Below, in pieces: positions 40,061 through 53,400 of a stretch of 64,000 nt of DNA (the first letter of the stretch is position 1; each line of letters opens with the position of its first letter). Both the position numbers and the translations under genes were made by a program. Source of the stretch: Raillietiella orientalis (lineage: Eukaryota); contig JAYWIR010000034.1 in assembly GCA_036172245.1 (NCBI GenBank), positions 1,302,001 to 1,366,000 on the forward strand, given 5' to 3'. The notes under the pieces are model-generated. The model searched no databases. It was not told the origin of the DNA and worked only from the letters and a program-made list of their open reading frames with translations.

Positions 40061-40199
40061 CACTTTCGATGTTTAACTGATAGGTGGGACTTCCCAGCTC
40101 TGCATGAGGACATTCCGAACCGAGGAGGAAACGGAGGCAGAAACACATCCCGGGCAAGCATCTCTGGCTAGGAGTTGCAGAATCTGCATCTTCAATGGA

Positions 40200-41200
40200 G
40201 TTCATGACGAAACCATATGAACTTCCCAACTTTTGGGTGATGAAGGAACAGCAGGGGATGAGAAATCATTCTTACACATCCGTAAGATCAAAAACACGCT
40301 CGTACTAGATCCACCCATTGTTCCTGGTAGGAATGGTCCACCGATAAGAGATCCTTCTGTGTAGTCTTCGAGTTTTTTAAAATCCGAGCGTTTTGAAAGT
40401 TTCCTTGACATGAACAGGATGTCTCCCTGGTCCAGGAAACGCATTCCCGATTCCTTTTCGAACGTCATCCCAGGGTCTGGAATCGTTCTTCAAGTGTTTA
40501 ACTGAGACAGAGATCCCTTCTTTAAAATGAGGGAGACAGAAAGGGTAGATGTGAAAAGAATTGATGCGACAGAAAGCTAGTGGCGTCCAGCCAGCAGGTA
40601 CCTGAAACCGACTCGGAGCTCCAATCCGATCTGATACCCCGGGGAGTGATCATACTGGGGGCCTCCTGTCCATTCGGAAACTCAGCTCTCAAAGACCCAA
40701 GATTGAAAAGGAGGACAGGCATCGAGGGTCTCATTTTGTCTACAAAGAGGTGCTGACTCAGTACGAGCGTTCATTGGGAGAGTGAAGGAATGACGAGGTG
40801 CTGAAAGAGTTCGGGATCTCGAGGCGCCGAGCGAAGCAGCTCAGGAGGGAGGTGGTCCATTCCAAGATATTTTCCATATTTCATTTTTCCAACATATTTC
40901 CCCCTCGAGAAATATGTTGAAAAGTCTGTCGGAACCACTAGCTGACCTTCCAAGCACTGCTACCTCTTTCTGAGGGAAGAGGGGATGGCCATTCTGTGGA
41001 GGTGGTACAAAGTCCCTCCCTCCCTCCCTCATAGTTCGTTTGCACCTTCCGTCGAATGTACTGTAAAAGCCAGTTGTGAAGAGAATTCTGATCCTCATGC
41101 TGGTTCTTCCTGCATTCCTCTGCCCAGTTGGAGTTCAAGAAAAGGGAAAGTCTTCGTTTGCGTAAAGTTCAAGAAGGGAAATTCGGTTTGCAATATGCGC
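40200..41200 (-). mobile_element. Decayed Penelope-like reverse transcriptase relic
   Basis: QLVVPTDFSTYFS (~LVSxDVxSLFT), MRPSMPVLLFNL (~MGSPLSPxLANL), CWLDATS (~RYVDDTF), MTFEKESGMRFLD (~FTxExExxxxLPFLD), in order. Confidence 0.45.
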
Positions 41201-41849
41201 TCACCACGACATCTCCGACAGAAATCGATCATTTTCCCTTCTGTCTGTGGATGAAGTGAGAGACAGGCAGAGTGTGGTTCCTTGCATCATCCAGACCTTG
41301 GAAACACACCATCGGCAAAGGAGCTTTACACTCGCAGAAGACGGAAACGCTCTTCCGATCTAATGAACGTCGTACAGACACGACTTCCCGTTGTTCCCCT
41401 CCCCCCTTCCCAGCCCTTTCTACGCTTCAGCTAGAAAAAAAAAGAAAAAAAAAAGTGGATGTGCTTCAGATGAGAGAGAATGATTCGGTAGTGGCAGAGT
41501 CGAAACAACAAAGTCTGCGCCTAACACAAAGCTCTGTGCTATTAGGCAGAGAGGAAACTCCCATAGAGAAGAGCCGGCAGTGTTATTTCCCACTTTGGGA
41601 ATGGCGCAGTCCAATGCACTGCACCAGGAGTCCCACTAACGGCCCCGCGTCTGCATGCTGGATCGATTTTTCCACGGTGCTTGTTCGCTGCAGATGCTTC
41701 TTTTGAAGCAGATGCATAGGCCGGTAGGAAGCCCACCGTCACGCTTTTTCCGAACTGCTCCCGTGCGGTTGCACAACATTCGAATTTTCTTTTTTTTTCT
41801 TTCCTTTTCTATTCCCGCTTTTGAGACGCACCCTTATGCGAGCTGGCGA

Positions 41850-42450
41850 CTTCGCCAAGTAAGGCTGCTCCCCTTCGTTCATGCTCTCCAGGTTCATGCT
41901 CATCCACGTCGCCTTCCTCTTCTGCACGACTCAGGAGGCGACGTCTCTGAAGAGGGAGATCGTTGAGATGAGTGGATTCAAGCAGTGGCTGCGCGGAGGC
42001 ACGAAGACCACGTGGACGTGCTGCACCTCGCTTTCCACAATCCCTATTCAAGCCTCCCTGTGACATCCGGAGCACGTCCGATAATCTCCGTCTAGGCAGA
42101 AGGCATTCTCCTGATAAAATCTGCAGCAGCCTAAGCCCTGAAGACTCCCCCGACATGTCACTTGGATTAAGCGGAGCTGAAACTGCCTGCTCCTGCCCTC
42201 CCGATTCTCACCCGGAGCATGTGCTTCATCTTTCGGTAATCCATCTCCTTGTTTATTGACATTTGCTTCTGCCGCTTGCTGGACCGCTTCTCTTTGCCTT
42301 CCTGAAAGAATCTCTGCATCTTCCCCTGCCGCAATTTCAACGTACCAGTGCCTGCCTCCGAACCAGCGACACGCAACATTCGTCTTTCCCCGCGCCAACT
42401 TTCGCTTTTCCAGTCCACACTGGTGGCAAAAAAAATAACGCGAAATAAAA
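41850..42450 (-). mobile_element. Decayed IS630-Tc1-mariner (DDE_3-like) transposase relic, copy A
   Basis: RGERRMLRVAGSEAG (~KGxRLIIxHAGSExG), NKEMD (~HxEMN), ENAFCLDG (~NSVIVMDN), HVVFVPPRSHCLNPL (~HxVLRLPPYHCELNPI). Confidence 0.45.
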
Positions 42451-43343
42451 GGAATCGGCGAGGTGATGGATATATCTGTACGTACATCTACGTCATCACT
42501 GAAAGTATCTCCTGTGCATTCGTGCAATGCCTCCGATGACATGCGTTAGGGAAGATCGAGGAAGGTGCACTTGTCTCGATGAGGGGGGTCTCCTCTCTTC
42601 ACGTTCTCTGAAACACGCAATAGCCAAGCTGAGAGAGTCCGGGTCTTTGAGCTTGCTTGGAGGTGTTTGCGACGATCCAGTCTCATTTCTTTGCCCATCT
42701 CAGCGCTCTTCTGCAAAGCGGGTCTCTCTCCGCGCAGGGGCCTCGCAGGTAGGGAAAAATGGTTGCCGGCTTTATCGAGTAGCTTTCGAAGGATGCAGTC
42801 TGCCTAAGGATCTCGCAAGTCCCAGGCTCCGTCTCCGGGCACCGGACGTCCTCTAGATCCCTTCCCACCCCCCCTTTTCTTTTTATTTCTTGTCACGCCA
42901 ATCAGGTTCAGCTGGCACGTTCCGGCATTCCGGAAATCGAGGTCTCCAAGCCTTCGGAGGAAACGTTTCCTGGCAACGTTTCTTCTACACCTGACCCAAG
43001 CATTTCATTGTGTTTGTTTTGTCTTGCTTTGCTTTCCTGAGTCTTCAGGGGGAAAAAGGGAGGAAGCAGAAGGGAGCAATGAAGCTTTACTTTATTTACT
43101 GCCGTTGCTGAGGCACTTGAATTCTTTCGGGGACCTTGGTATCCTTCATAAAGAGATTAGGTGGTCTTATTTAATCTTGAAAGGCGTTGGGGATGCTTGA
43201 AGCTGGTTGGTTACCTGTGGGACTCTCGGAGAACGGATCCCTTGTAACTGAGGCGAAGCTCGCTAGATGGGCCTCCGGTCTTCCGAGGCATTGTTGCAAT
43301 CCCAGCGCGCCGCGTGCATTCGCAGCCAGCACGTCGCTTCACC

Positions 43344-44250
43344 TCACATGGTGATGATGCTATCGAGCAGCTCCGGGGTCTGATCCCTCGTAATGGGTTT
43401 CGGTGGCGCGCCCCGGAGCGCTCCCGACGAAGAACGGGTCCGGAAGAATTTTGCAGGAGGTACCCGAGGAGAGGAGGACGTCAGGAGCAGATTCCAGAAT
43501 TTCCGTTGCTGCTGGCACTGCCTCGGAGGGTTCTCTTCGTGGCCAAGCCCCAACGTCGCCGTCCGTGGGACAAGAGGCTTCTGTATCTCAGGCAGCCTTG
43601 GGGGATGCCCCTTCCTTCCTCCTACTCTTCCTCGTCTCCAGGGGAGAAGCGCGTCGAGGTGCCATCTCTCCTCTTTCCCTCCCCTTTCTTCCTGGAGTCC
43701 GTTCGCCGCTTCCCTCGCGAAACGCGGTCGCGCACGAAACCGACGACCGCGGCTCGGTTGATGGCGATGATCCGCATGTCAGCCTCACGAAGTGGAGGAG
43801 CGTGCGCACGATCGAAGCGTGCTTTCTGGATGCTGTGAAAGTTTCGGGTGCTCCCTCGCCGTGCTGCTGCGTCATCCGACTGCGTGTGCGCGCTGCCGTT
43901 TGTTTGTTTGCTCCTCGCCTTTTTCACCTGCCTTTGCGAAAACACAGACAACGCTCCGAGGGGGGGGGGGGAGCGGTGGGATGACGCTAGGTAGGTCCTG
44001 TCTCCCTTCCCCATTGCCCGCCTCACGTCCCCACTTTTCTCGCAGGTCAGAAGCAGGTGGTTGTCAACACCAAGAACATCTTGTGGGAGATGCGCGCCCG
44101 CGCCGGTATCTCCCCACACGTGGATCCGCGTTTCGTCGTGCACGCCCTTTTCCTTCCTCCTCTCCGATACCCCCATCCCGACTCTCATCTTCCCGACCCC
44201 CTTCGTCTTCGAAGAGAGATGCTCGCGAATGCTCGAATCTGCCTTCATGG
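43344..44250 (-). mobile_element. Decayed IS630-Tc1-mariner (DDE_3-like) transposase relic, copy B
   Basis: GVHDETRIHVWGD (~YLDETW...WxD), MGKGDRTY (~GKGxRLI), LGALSVF (~PGALLxF), IIAINRAA (~IVMDNA), LGHEENPPRQC...FW (~GHxVLRLPPYHC...W). Confidence 0.55.
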
Positions 44251-44349
44251 ATTCTGGATACGGCAGCTCGTGGGACGACGGCCTGAGACCCCGCCCTGCA
44301 GCTCTTCGAAGGTCCTACGATCTCCGGATCGCACATCTACCGAACGGTA

Positions 44350-45990
44350 GGAGAATCCTACCGTTCGGTAGATGGGGTGGGTTTCACCCCAATTCCTCGA
44401 AGCCGCACGGTTCCTCGAGCACAGAAGGGAGGGAAAGAGGATGAATGGGTCCAAGCATCCGGATGATGCGGTGCGGCCTGGGAGGAGCGCGCAGTCCCCG
44501 TCTCTCTCTTTCCGGAAAACTCGATGTCGAGAAAATGGGAGCGGTCGAGGATGCTCCCGTATCGGATTGCGAGCGATGATTCTCACGTAACTGCAGGAGG
44601 ATCCCGTCTCCTGGAGGGAGGGAGGAGCCGGACCACGTGCCTACGCCCTCGCCAGATCTCACCTGAGTCCGAATGCTCCATAGCGTGGCCCCGCAGCTCG
44701 GGCTCCCTCCAGGAAAAGCCGAAACAAAGATAAAGAAGGGAAGAAGGGGGAAAGGGGGGGTGGTCGGAATTCTCCTCCCTCCCTATCTCTCCCATTCGTT
44801 CTCGTGAGTTCCTGGAGGGCTCTGTCATCTTCTGGGAGAGCGAACGATCCGGGAAAGGACAGGAACGCTCCCTCTTGCGCAACCCGTTTTGCCCTTGGGA
44901 ATGAGAGCGCGGGACGAGCGAAAAGCCGCGAAGACTCGCCGCCGCCATGCTTGCAGAGAGCAGCGAATGTGCAGGGAGACAGCTCCCAGCCGACCCCCCG
45001 GCCGCGCAGTGGGGATTCATGCAAGTTCCTTCCTCGCCTCTGCCCCCCTCCCCCTGTCCTTCGGGATCCCCGCGTAGCGACTCCATCGGAAAAACGCTGG
45101 GACGGGGGGGGGGGGGGGGCGCATAGAGCGCGATGCGGGAACAATGAGCCAGGGATTGCGAGGAATCCCTCCCCCTCCTCCTTTTTTTTTTTTTTTTTTT
45201 TTATATCCTGCTTTCTTCTTTGCGACCGGCATAAATCAAGCCCGACGTCCGGGATTCCTAATGAAAACTGGATTAGGAGGGAGGGAGGGAGGAGGAGGAA
45301 GAGGAGGAGGGGGGGAAGAGGGAGAGACCCCAGCCCAAGAGCACCATATCTCATCCGAGACCTCATGAAATTTGTCGCTTGGCAACGAGCCGCTGTTTTG
45401 TCTGGAACGGTCGCTGTCGTCTCCATTGTGCTGCTCCGCTCGCGACGCACAATGAGATCTGCCCTCCCCCTTCCCCTCCCCATCGTGCTTCCCCCTGCTC
45501 CCTTCCGAGGAGATGGAGTCTCCCCTTCCCCTTCTCTTCTTCCTCCCTCCTCCCCCTAGTCCGAAATGCGCGCGCGAGGTCACCTGCTGCTGCTACTGCT
45601 GCCCTTCCCGACCGGAACCGGCCCGCTCCGGCCACTGGCCGGGGCGGCGTCTGTTTCGGGTTGTTGTCGGGAGGGGGGGCTCTCATGAAGAAGGCAAGGG
45701 AGAGGAGGCGCTCCTACGCTTTGTTCCCGGTCGATGGGGCCGTAAATCGGCAGTGGGGGTCGGCACAGGAGGGGTGCGCGCGCGCCGCCGCCACCACTCT
45801 TTGATGCTGCTGCCGAGCTGCAGCGCCTCCCACGCGGATGAAGACGTTCGACCTGCCACGGGAAATAAGGGGAAAGAAGAGGAAAAGGGACGAAGGGTGG
45901 GTGCAGTCCCTTCCCGAAGCGGAGAGTTCCCCCGGGTGATCCTCCTGACGTGTCACGACCTCCTCCTCTCGCTCCTCTTCCATCATCCCC
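44350..45990 (-). mobile_element. Decayed I-group-like non-LTR relic (RT C-terminus and possible RNase H)
   Basis: VTSRAHF (~LTWxxHI), FMRSRMRYG (~LIRSxLDYG), GEGVG, PIFST (~SIFTA), LLCSRNRAAS (~ICSDSxSAL). Confidence 0.4.
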
Positions 45991-46299
45991 CTTCCCCAGT
46001 TCCTGTTCCTACTGCTCCTCCTCCTCCCCCCTTCCTTTCTCGCTCTCAGCTGCCTTCGCAGCGGCAGCGATCTGCGACTGTCAGATTCGGTGCGAACCTG
46101 ATCGCCGCTGCCACGGGGCAGCGTGACGAAGATGAAGCGCTCCTCGCGGGGTCCATCCTCGTCCGTACGGCCAATCGCCGAGGAAGGCAGGAGAGGGGGG
46201 GGAGCTGGAGCGAGGTGGGGGGGGGGGGTGGATCACGGGAAGACTCATCCAAAAGAGTGCTTCGTTCAAACAAAAGAGGATGATGATGGACGCGATCTC

Positions 46300-49200
46300 C
46301 GCGCTGGTGGGAAGGCAGAGTAAACAGGGAGATAAATAACGTCTCGGGAAGCGCGCTGAACTCATCGCGGACGCATTCGCTTCGCCCGTTGCATGGCAAC
46401 GCGGCGACGCGGGGAGCGCGACTGAAAGGGCGCGGATGAACGCGCCCCTTAGACGACGACGACACGAGTTCTTCCGCGTCCTCCCTACTGATCCTTCCTT
46501 CCTTTTCCCACCTTCAGATTACAAGTCCGACTCTTCAATAACCCATGACGAGGATTCCTGGAGGGACGAATGGTGAGAGGGAAAGACGAAGAGAGGGAAT
46601 GAGGGGAGAAGAAAGAAGGCAGCAGCTGAATTCCTTCCACAGGAATCGCTTTCCATCTTCTTCCCATTTTGCGGCAGTCCCAAAACCGAGATGGAGGAGG
46701 AGGAGAGATGAAGCGTGCCTATCCCGTGAGGTCGGCTGCGAAATCTGTTGGACGAAGGTAGAGAGGTCAGGGAAGGGTGCCAGCGTTGTCTCCAGCTTGC
46801 TCTACTCCTCCACAAGGGGAGTCCCTGCGCGGTGATGCTTCTCTTGGCCGATAACTCCCACTTAGTCTCTCGGTCTGCCCCTCCCCACAGCCCTACCGCA
46901 AATGCCAGAAAGATGGGGGAAGGTATCCTTCAAAGCGGGTCTTGGTGGACATCGCAGCGGGATGAGTTGGGGACGGATGGTCATGCCACTGGGATTCCCA
47001 AGGGCACCCACGTGAACACTCCGACTCCCACGGAGCTCGTTAGTCTACTCTTCGAGGAGAGGTGGTGTGGAACTTCGGATGAGGGGTAAAGAGCTCGCAT
47101 CGCCCTCCGTCCCTCCATCCCGTAATCCTTGCAGGCAGTCAGAGGGTGTGCTTTCCGCGTCGGCAGGGGAGAGGGCGGTTCGTCCAGTACCCTGAGAACT
47201 GTACAGAATCCTCCTCCCGGTGGGTGGAGTGGAATGGCCTGCTCTCGGGGCGGGCAGCTTCTGGCCCTTAGATTTAGGCGTACTGCTCATGGGAGCTCAG
47301 CAGCGTCCCATGAGTTGCCCACGCCGGAAGGTTCCAGGCAGCAGCTTCCCAGGAGAGAGAAAGGCTGGCAGCTCCTCTTCAGGAGGAGGCGTTCTGCCCC
47401 ACCGGCAGTCTCACCCCTGCCTCTCAAAACACCCGCCACTCCCGGAGGCGCGCAGAGCGACCTTGGCCGCAGGAGAAGATCGCTCAGGTCATGACTGGAG
47501 GCGACCTAGACTGGGACGGGGCATGGATGAAGGAGGGAGAGAGAGCTGCTCCCCATGCGTCTTACCCCGGAAAGCCGAGCCAAGAAGACTAAGAAGGAAG
47601 GGAAGTGGGACGGAAGGGGGATATCTTGGAGCGGAGGGCTGCTCCTCTCTGCAGCTCCTCTTCCCCCTTGCTCTTGCCGCTCCGAGACTCGCTCCTGAGG
47701 CGCGCCTGCTGTGGAGCTGACTCGGGGTCTCGGGGAAAAGAGGAGGTAGGGTAAAAACTCTCCGGGCACTCTGGACACCCTCTTCCTGCCTGAGCCTCTG
47801 GTCCGCGTGCGCATCTTGGCTCCCAGGTCCCGAAAGGGGCCAGATCCGCCCTAGCCCGAGAGTCAGGATGGCAGGAGACGCTCATCGTTCCTTGGGGGCA
47901 TCTTCAGCGCACTGCAGACTTTCCCCTGCCTTCCTGGGTGGGCAGGGTGGGGAAGGGCCGCAAAGAAGGGTGGAGAGAAGGCGAGCGATGACTCCTCTCT
48001 CTCTCGCTCTCCTTCCGAAACGCGTCGTGCCGATGCGCAGCCCTTCTTCCTGACTTGCCCCTCCCCTCCCCGCATCGAAGGAGTAAAGGCAAGCCACTGT
48101 TCCTTTCTCTCCTCCCTACACGAGGCTGGAAGGCCCGGGATGGGCCTATACTCCTTTCGATCAAGACCACCTTCTCTCTCGAGCGCGTGTGAGGAGAGGA
48201 GGGGGAGCCACACCAACCGGCTGCCTCTTCCGGCTGCCCCTCCAGCCCCTCCCAAAGACCTATGGCAGTCCATAGGTCTTTCGGAGGACTCTCTTCGCAC
48301 TTTCTTCCTGGACAGCGAGGTTCTCTCCCCTTTGCTAATGATCCTCCCCATCAGTGGCGAAAGTGTGGACTCCCGCGACGGTGTCACCGGACGGCCGAGC
48401 TCGGAATGTCCTAGCTCGGAGCTCCCTACACTAGCGGCGGAAGAGAGGTAAGCTCCTCTGAGAGGGCTCCTCCTCTCTCGCCTGCTTTCCTCTTTTTTAT
48501 GCTGGACTCGCGTCGGGAACCTTCCTTCGCGCTTGGGGTCCCGAAAATGCTCCGGGAAGTTCAAAATACTCTCAAAGTGCCGGGATGCCGGGAACTACAG
48601 GGAAGTGGAAGGGAAAAAAGAGGGAAGGAGCCTCTGTGGCTACCGTTGACAGCGCTTCGTGGATCCGAGGGGCGGCCACCGCAGCTTCCGGCGTCCGGAG
48701 GGGATAAGGAATGCGGACGTTGCCACCTCATCCTCTTTTTTCCCCCCAGAAGAGAGGTTTCCTTTTACTCCTTTCCACCGCTTTCTGCCCGGAGGAACGC
48801 GGCTTCAGGATCCTGAAACCCTCTCCTTTTCCCTTGGCTGGAACAACAGGGATTCCCCACGCTGCTCTTCCTCCATTCCCATTTCCCTGCTCGTCCGCCT
48901 CCCCCCCCCCCTTCCTTCGGCAACGCTTCACCCATTCTCAAGCGGGGACGGGATTCCAAGGTTCGGTTGGGATGAGAAGGCATGGGAACACAGGAGTTCC
49001 TCGGCGTGGGAAGTTGTCAGGGACGGAAGGGGAAGGCGGAGACGAGGACAGGCGGCGCATCGGAAGAAATAGCTGGGATGGGAAGCTTCTCCCGCCTTCC
49101 CTTCCGTTTCTCTCTTCCACTCGCCAATCCCACGGGGAACGGAAGGGAGGGAAACCCCAAAGTCCCCACCCACCCTCTTTTGGAAGGATCCTGAAGGATT

Positions 49201-49750
49201 CCTCTTCCTCCTCTCGAAGCCGCACCTTTGCGCCTGCGAGTAGGCATGTTCAACAAACTTCGCTCTCTTCCTAGCCTGCATCGAGAATCTTTCCCGGGAC
49301 GCGGAGCCAGGCGCATGGGTGATCTCGAGGAGTGGATCCGTCGCCGGTGTCCCTCTGTGGCTGCCCCTGCCTAGACAACCACCCTCGGAGTTCAGTCCCC
49401 TTCCGTGCTCCCTTTTCTCTGCATCCGATCCCTCTGCAAGTTTCGGACTTTTCCGAGAATGGAACGGAAAGAAGGTGCTGGTGAGTGAGGGAGTGAGGCT
49501 GCAAGAAATCCCCTCCTCGTCCTTCCCTAATTCCTCATGTGCCGCTGTCTCTATCGGGGTCTCTTCTGCCCACTTCTTCTGCCTCCCTCCTCAAGGCGGC
49601 CACCAGAGAGGGCCTTCTCTCCGTTCTTCTTCCCCCCCCCCCTCCTTCGGCAACGCTCCACCCATTCTCAAGAGGGGACGGGATTCCAAGGTTCGGTTGG
49701 GATGAGAAGACACAGGAACACAGGAGTTCCACGCTGAGGAGCTCATTCCA
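46300..49750 (-). mobile_element. Decayed L1/Tx1-like ORF2 relic A (APE endonuclease, RT, CCHC), ~3.5 kb
   Basis: SAWNS (~SWNV), FLQPH (~LQETH), VGGDFG (~GDFN), DRKEYRPIPGLP (~NYRPISLL), LQRGAALRSKISPF (~RQGxxLSPxLF), ALPCN...PETLFISLF (~LPT...ETLxHLF), in the correct order and spacing. Confidence 0.55.
48901..49730. repeat. 100-bp direct repeat pair (48901-49000 and 49631-49730)
   Basis: Gap-free alignment with 7 mismatches in 100 nt; offset 730 bp. Confidence 0.95.
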
Positions 49751-50429
49751 GAGATGGAGAGGTCATTACCGGGCTGGAGGGACCCCCTCTCCTTGTTTTG
49801 TGAGACGCCTTTCATTCCTCAGCCCACAGGCTGTCGTCGCTCCCTCGTCTCATCCCATACTATTCCTGCTGTTACCGGGATTCCTGAGATTAGTGTTGCC
49901 TCCATCGCCATCTTGCGAGGCAGCGTGATCTTCTCGGCTCATAGACGTTCGCGTCCACCCCGAGCCGAGCCATCTTGCTCATCCGTAGGTTAGATGCCGT
50001 GTTCCTATTCCCCTCCCCAGCTATGCTTTATTCCTGATTCTCTCAGAGGTTCCCGCGACCTCCTAGAGCACGATGGCTCGGCTTTCCTTTGATGGCCTTT
50101 GATGGCTTTCCGACGTTCTTCTCTTTTTCTTAGCACCAGCTTCCCCGTTCTTGGGGACGGAAAAATTTTCGGCAAAAAAAAAAATTCCGGCGCCAACCTG
50201 GAATAAAGTGCCAATGGAGGAAAAACCATTGCCGGTTTATCTCGTCTTCCCCTTTTCCATCCTCCGTAGGTTCTCCCCAACGATTACAACCTATCATAGA
50301 GGAGCATTTTAGCAACATTTCAAGAGCATTTCAGCAGCTAGAGGAGCATCTCTCCTGTTCGACCATGCTTGACCTGTGCTCCCTGTATTTTCTCTCCCAA
50401 AACGCAGGGGATCCCGTCAAAGTTTCCTG

Positions 50430-53400
50430 ACTGCTCCTGGATACGAATGCAAAACAAGAAACCGTCTCCTCCCAGAATCGGAAGTGTTGATCCCAGTACC
50501 AGAAAAACCGGCAGGGGCAAGGAGAAGGATAAGCACGGTCAATCTAGCAGACCTCGTCGGAAGGACGCTGCCGAACGAATTCAATCGCCCTTTCTTGCGG
50601 GTTACCCATTCACACGGAAGAGTGCATCAAATTTTCATCTTGGTACTTATTTCTGCCTCGGACAAAATAACTGGATGCTCCAGGAAGTATTCCGTTTTCG
50701 ACTGCTTATCCTCTGGATGTGCCCTCAGGTTCTTTCAGGCCTAGGTGGATGCTCTCGCGTTTTGGCAGTCCGAAAGATTCCTTAGATTCCATGAAGATTA
50801 CCAACGGAATCCCCGACTTGTCGATCGGATGGAAAGTGATGGAAAAAGAAAAGAGCGAGCAAGAAATCTCAACGCTACTGACTGATGCCTTTGCTAACTG
50901 CTCTCGTCTTCCTTTCTCGATTGCTTCTCCGAGATTATGCAGACATGGAGAAGCAGTAGCAGCAGCAGCAGCAGCAGCTGGTCTTCGTGCTGCCGTTTTT
51001 ATAACATGGCGGTTGCTGCTTCAATTCTAAGAGGCGTTTTCATGGAGGACCCAGCTGATCGTGAAGGCTGGAAAAGCCAGATCCTGGAAGAGAGGGGAAA
51101 GAAGAGGGAGAAGCGGAGAGATTTGCCACGAAGCTGGAGGCGTAGTCATCCGAGGAGGGAGACGTGAACCGTCGAGCGCTGTAGGCTGCGTCCTCCCCTC
51201 CTCCTTCGTTTGCTCGAAGGGGAGCTCGAGCGCACTCTTTTTCCGAGACGGGCCTTCGCTCCCTCTGCGCGCGCAGTGTCGGTCGGAATCCCGAGGGACG
51301 CCTAGAGAGTTCGGAGTGCCTCGGGCCAAAACTCTTGAGCTTGGGAGCGCGAGACTTGCCACAGAGAGGGGAGAAAGGAACGCGCGAAGGAAGTTCCCGG
51401 AGGAGAGCGAAGCTGCCTGAGTTCTTGCGAAGGAAAGGACGCACGCGCTTCGGACTTCCTTGGCTGCTCTTTGCACGCACGCACCGAGATTTCTGAACCC
51501 TCCTGAAGCTCCCGTCTTGGAGAAAGGAGGGACGAATCAGGAACGAGGTGACTCGGGAAAAAGGAAGAGACAAAGGCCTCCGTATCCGGACAGCTGCTGT
51601 TTGGAAGGAGTGCTCTTCTTCGGAAGCCGGTTTCCGGATGTGAGGGGGGAGGGGAAAGGAAGCTGGTGAAGGAACCCTGAGATTCCCTTCTTCTCATCCC
51701 CTCCGACAAAATCCCCACACTCTTCCCTGAAGACTCCGAGCATGCCTCCTGCGCGTAGACAGTCAGTCCGTGGTCTTCATCTTCCGGGTGAGAAACGAGC
51801 CGTGCCAGCCAGTTTCGGGCCGCCGTAAAATATCTCTTTTTCAAGGCTCTTCTCCTCACCCGTGAGTGCAACTCGACAACTCGGAAGGTGGGAGAGAAAA
51901 AGAGAGAGCCCTCTTCTTGGGGAGAGAAGTTCCGGCCAGAGAAGTTTCCGATAGCTTTTGCTTGTCTCTGGCGCGCAACTTACGGACTAGAGGGAAGATC
52001 GAGGTGAGGGAGCAAGGATGAGCTCAGGACTGTAGGAGGTGCCGCCCCGGTATTTCCGTGGCCGATACCTTCTTTCCTGGAAAGGGAACTCCGTCCCTGA
52101 GTGTCCTCGTTTCCTGAGAAAGCCTTGTCGTTGCAGACCTTCCACTCTCAAAAGGTGTTACTTCTGAAGAAAGGGGAAGGGGGGGAGGCAGGGTTAGAGT
52201 AGGAGGCAAGCAGCGGGGAGCTCCAGAGAATATGCCGCAGGATTTGAAATTTCTTAGGACCGACTGCAGCGAGTTTTCTCTCTTCCGGCCCTATCCGAAG
52301 GCGTGCCTACCCACTCTCCAGACTCTAGGGGGTGGTCAACTTGAAGAGAGTGGGATGCAGAAGGCTATTTTTTATTCCTTTCTTCGCAGCGTCCCAGGTC
52401 CCTCTAAGGCCTGTCGAGTGAAGGAGATGTCTGAACTGCAGGCTGAGGGCTTTCCCGGAAGCTCAGGCCGAGAATCTCCGTAGAGGCGCCCTCCTCTGAA
52501 GCGTCCTGCCCTGCCTCCTGGATGACCGCTATTCAAGGACACTCCCCACCGTAGGGGAGGATAAGAGGGAGGGTGGCGATGGAACCCCCTCTCTCTCTTC
52601 CTTCACCCCTTTGGGAAGCGAAAGGAGGTCGTCTCCCTTCCTTGGGGGATCGCTCGGGGAGAAACGAAGGGTAAGGAACCGGAGGGCACGCAAGGAGTTT
52701 CATTTCTTCCTCCCTGGCGATCCTCGAAGCTCCCCTCGCGAAGTAGCCAGCTTTCCCGCGACCACGCACGCGCACGGCGAGAGAGAGGGAAGAAGAGGAG
52801 GGGAGGGGAAGGCGAGGGCGTGGCGGAAGGTGAAGGGAGGCAGGGGACGAAGAGCACGAGGGCGATCGCTGGCTCGCTCCTCCCTCTTCTTCCTCCCTCC
52901 CTCCTCCCGCCGCTGCCATCTCGATTGGCGGCTGCCTCCCGCGCGAGCGTTCCCCTCGTGGGACGCGCAAGCGGATCTGCTGCTACTGCTGCTGGCGTGC
53001 CCCGTGTCGTCGTCGCCGCAGCCGCTGTCTCCGCAGTCCGGTTGTGAGGAACGGCTGCTCGAAGGGAAGGGGGAGCAGATGCGTCAAAACATCCCGTAAA
53101 TTAATCTGCGTTTCCCGCGAAATTCCCGAATCCAAGAGGAGGAGGAGAAGGAGGAGGTGAAAGATCCGGGAGCCGACTCCCCGCGAGAAGAAAGGAAGAC
53201 GTAAATTTCCCGTAATCGCGGAGGGAGGGAGTCAAACAATGGGACGCTCTGGAGAATATGGGATGAATGATGACCGCTGTCGGAGAACCGGGATCTCTTG
53301 TTCCCGAAATCCTCGTCCCCGTCGCGAAGGGCAAATGGCAAGGAAAATTAAATGCCTTCCAGCTCGATAATTTGATGACGCATGAGGGAGCGGATCATCT

